From: a virus
Length of the DNA stretch: 17,097 bases
Virus genome (UHGV): UHGV-1592266
Strand: one strand, 5' to 3'
The position numbers and the translations under genes are program-made. This document shows, in pieces, positions 16,528-17,097 of the stretch (the first letter of the stretch is position 1; each line of letters opens with the position of its first letter). A model generated the notes under the pieces. The model ran no database searches and was not told the origin of the DNA. It saw only the letters and a list, made by a program, of their open reading frames with translations.

Positions 16528-17012
16528 GCATAAGAGAAATAAACCTCACCAAAGAACAGCACGATTGGCTGAATGGCTGGCTTGAACTGTGGGGCGCATG
16601 GGTTTATTCAGGTCGTCTGGAAAAGCGCATGAGCAGCGTAATAGCGAAGTTCATGGAGAGCGTAGAGCCGGGAAGAGTTATGACAAGGCCAATGTGTAAT
16701 GATGATGATGGAATGTTGATTTCTCAGGTCGTCGATTCCGTCATGTGCATTGACAAGAAAGCCTTTGGCATCCTCCTCAGCTACTACGCTCATGGATCTT
16801 CCAAGCATGCCATTGCATCTTACTATCATCGTGTCGCAAGACCTCGCAAGATGTTATGCCGGGGCGGCGGGCGTATTCAAAAACCATCGCTCGCAACCTG
16901 TCGCCGGGAAGTTGACGAAATCCTCAATGCTTCGTTGTTTATGATTTACCCAGTTCTGGATAGTGCGTTTAAAAACCGGAAACGTGTAGAGAAAATTAAA
17001 CATGTAGCATAG
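16524..17012 (+). CDS. Q: late-gene antiterminator Q (QuuD/phage-82 type)
   Basis: Position after ninH and before the late promoter. LELWGAWV...RPMCNDDDGMLI... parallels QuuD's WGAW...RPQCCDDDAMII. Confidence 0.65.
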   Translation: MSIREINLTKEQHDWLNGWLELWGAWVYSGRLEKRMSSVIAKFMESVEPGRVMTRPMCNDDDGMLISQVVDSVMCIDKKAFGILLSYYAHGSSKHAIASYYHRVARPRKMLCRGGGRIQKPSLATCRREVDEILNASLFMIYPVLDSAFKNRKRVEKIKHVA

Positions 17013-17018
17013 AACGTG

Positions 17019-17097
17019 TTGACATCATTGAGCAAATGAGCAACACTATTCGCATAAGCTGCCGTTAGTGACTCTTAAGTTGCAACGGTGGCTTTTT
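17019..17097 (+). promoter_or_regulatory. candidate late promoter PR' and qut region (truncated by window end)
   Basis: TTGACA at 17019-17024, 7 nt after the Q stop. No convincing -10. Downstream CCGTT...AACGG dyad and a T-run at the window end. Confidence 0.3.

Noticed and set aside
17060-17097. Possible tR' terminator at the right edge (CCGTT...AACGG + TTTTT)
   Set aside because: The loop is ~20 nt and the window ends within the T-run. It cannot be distinguished from the qut/early transcribed region.

Overview
The window is the early region of a mosaic lambdoid (lambda/434/P22-type) prophage from an enterobacterial host. Its layout is PL operon (minus strand), immunity region, then PR operon (plus strand).

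**Left arm, ~1-8525, all minus strand.** A chain of tightly coupled ead/Ea22-like paralogs comes first; one of them carries an in-frame HNH+AP2 endonuclease module. Next is a P22-type recombination module with an SSB and Erf. This is followed by Kil-like and cIII genes, a long coiled-coil protein, and an AT-rich moron cassette flanked by two copies of a terminator+RBS repeat. A SieB-like membrane protein, a small Cys-rich ORF in the ral position and lambda-type N complete the arm.

**Immunity region.** nutL lies upstream of N, followed by three 434-type OL operators with PL and a hairpin terminator. A signal-peptide protein is translationally coupled to the 3' end of a phage-434-type cI, in the rex position. 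OR3-OR2-OR1 sit between cI and a 434-type cro.

**Right arm, plus strand.** nutR and tR1 precede a P22-c1-like cII. A low-GC T5orf172 (GIY-YIG-like) moron is inserted between cII and O. O carries four internal iterons and an AT-rich origin, and is followed by a DnaC-like helicase loader. Small ORFs and a tR2-like terminator come next. The nin region (NinB, NinE, NinF, a Rha/KilAC antirepressor, YbcO/DUF1364, RusA, NinH) ends with a Q antiterminator and the start of the late promoter region.

No rRNA, tRNA, CRISPR or IS elements were seen.

The most interesting candidates for accessory, possibly undescribed functions are:
- the cI-coupled secreted protein;
- the T5orf172 moron between cII and O;
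- the repeat-flanked AT-rich cassette;
- the HNH-AP2 insertion in an Ea22 paralog.
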